A stretch of 64,000 nt of DNA from the human T2T-CHM13v2.0 reference genome, Homo sapiens, in assembly GCF_009914755.1 (NCBI RefSeq), contig NC_060925.1; one strand, written 5' to 3'. Position numbers and translations under genes: made by a program. Within the stretch, counting starts at the first letter, position 1, and each line of letters starts with the position of its first letter. Under the pieces are notes generated by a model. The model was given only the letters and a program-made list of their open reading frames with translations. It did not search any database and was not told the origin of the DNA. Shown here in pieces: positions 62,181 to 64,000 of the stretch.

Positions 62181-62391
62181 ACCTGGAGAGTCACTGCAGA
62201 GGGGGATCAAGGCCATTTCCTGTCGTGGGTCCAGCCTTCAGCCTCTCAAGCTGCCTCATTCTGGCTCCCCCATCCGTTACCTAGCAACAGGGTCCTTGTA
62301 GGAGGAGGAGGCTGTGAGGAGTTGTGGGGTTCAGGAAGGCCACCCCCACCCTGTTTCCTGACCCTGAAAGCCCTCAGTCTACCCCACTCAC

Positions 62392-62454
62392 CCCTTAGGC
62401 CCCTACTCCTGGGTCAGTGGGGCTGCGGCATGATCCTTGGGAGGGGTCAGAGAC
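62392..62454 (-). other. FGR: FGR non-coding 5'UTR exon (63 nt)
   Basis: Long pyrimidine tract cttccttgtccttctgtctcaccctcag| and donor GGG|GTGAGT; 1.16 kb upstream of the ATG exon. Confidence 0.8.
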
Positions 62455-62961
62455 CTGAGGGTGAGACAGAAGGACAAGGAAGATGAAGTCTCTGCCAATG
62501 TTTCTGTCAGCAGCTGCCCAGCTCCTGCCCTCTTCAGGAAGCCAGAAGGCCTGGGCTCTGCCCCAGCATGACTTCTGCCTTCACTTTCCTTCCTATCACC
62601 CCTGGCACACTTACACAACCCCCGTCACATAGGGCAAACCACCCACACCAGCTCTCTTTCACACTCATACTCACCTGACCCACCAGCACAGTCACACAAT
62701 AACACTCACAGCATATATTTGCATGAGTGTGCGTGCCAACCCCATCACACGCCAATACAGGCTCTAACAAGCCCAAGCTCACAATAGCACACACACATAC
62801 ACATGCACATATACATGGGGTGCCTGCCAGGTTAACAGACGAACACACTCAGACACACATGATTTTGAACATTATAATCATCTCTCTAACAGGATTTCTA
62901 TCAAGCCATGCTCAGCTCCCTCACAGTCCCCAGTCACCATCTCCTAAAAACCAGTTCTTCC

Positions 62962-63405
<444 letters not shown>

Positions 63406-64000
63406 CTACCAGAGTACCTTGGGAAGCCCCACAATGAGCCAACCCTTTTCTGGCAGCGGTATCCTCTGAGCAACAGGGCAGGAGGTCATTGAGCAAGGGT
63501 CCCCCACACCCTGCCAGAAACATTGCCATTGCAACACTCAGAGAGGAACCGACTGGTGAGAGGGCTTGGTTTCCTAAGATGTGAGAATGGAGAGTTTAGG
63601 GTGGGGCCAACCTTGTGAACCCTGATTTGCCCCAGAGGGGCCCCAAGGTCCTAGAAGAAAGGGCCCCCAGCTTCTCTCTCTCGATCCCCAGTCCAGTCAT
63701 CCTTACAGATATTCTCTTCCTCTTCTCTCTGGGTCCTATCCTTTCTACCTAGCACCACTCACCTCTTCCAGAAAGTCTTCCTGGATCCACCAGGTCCAGT
63801 TGCCTGGCTGATGGTTCCGTCACATCAGTGCTTTGGTCTCCACCCTAGCCCCACCTGCCCCTCTCACCCTTTGCTCTAAGTGATCTCTCATGTGTGTATT
63901 GGGTGGGGGTGGGGGCATCACACCCATGTGGTGAACTGTGGGGCGGGCTGTGGTGAGAAGCCTGCCCTAAAATAGCCCCTGTTCACTGGGCCCTGCCTGA

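Overview
Mammalian (human-type: Alu, MIR, L2, hAT-Charlie repeats) GC-rich euchromatin. The right third holds the complete coding sequence of FGR, a Src-family tyrosine kinase, on the minus strand. Eleven coding exons were resolved to the base with GT-AG boundaries and sum to 1590 nt (529 aa + stop), together with one 5'UTR exon and the 3'UTR. About 8 kb past the FGR 3' end is a large CpG-island promoter (~40050-41800) with minus-strand non-coding exons. From recalled synteny (human 1p36) this is the 5' end of AHDC1, so 1-40702 would be one long AHDC1 5'UTR intron; no AHDC1 coding sequence is in the window. That intron carries two further CpG islands, several motif-dense enhancer-like patches, a ~555 bp direct duplication 21.9 kb apart, a higher-order minisatellite, and a TCTAG-rich degenerate tract that appears to have captured two hAT transposons. 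An ancient MER135-like element and a CTCF motif lie between the two genes. Nearly all ORFs in the supplied track are GC, low-complexity or Alu artefacts. I found no convincing new protein-coding system; the best leads are regulatory or structural and are listed as hypotheses.
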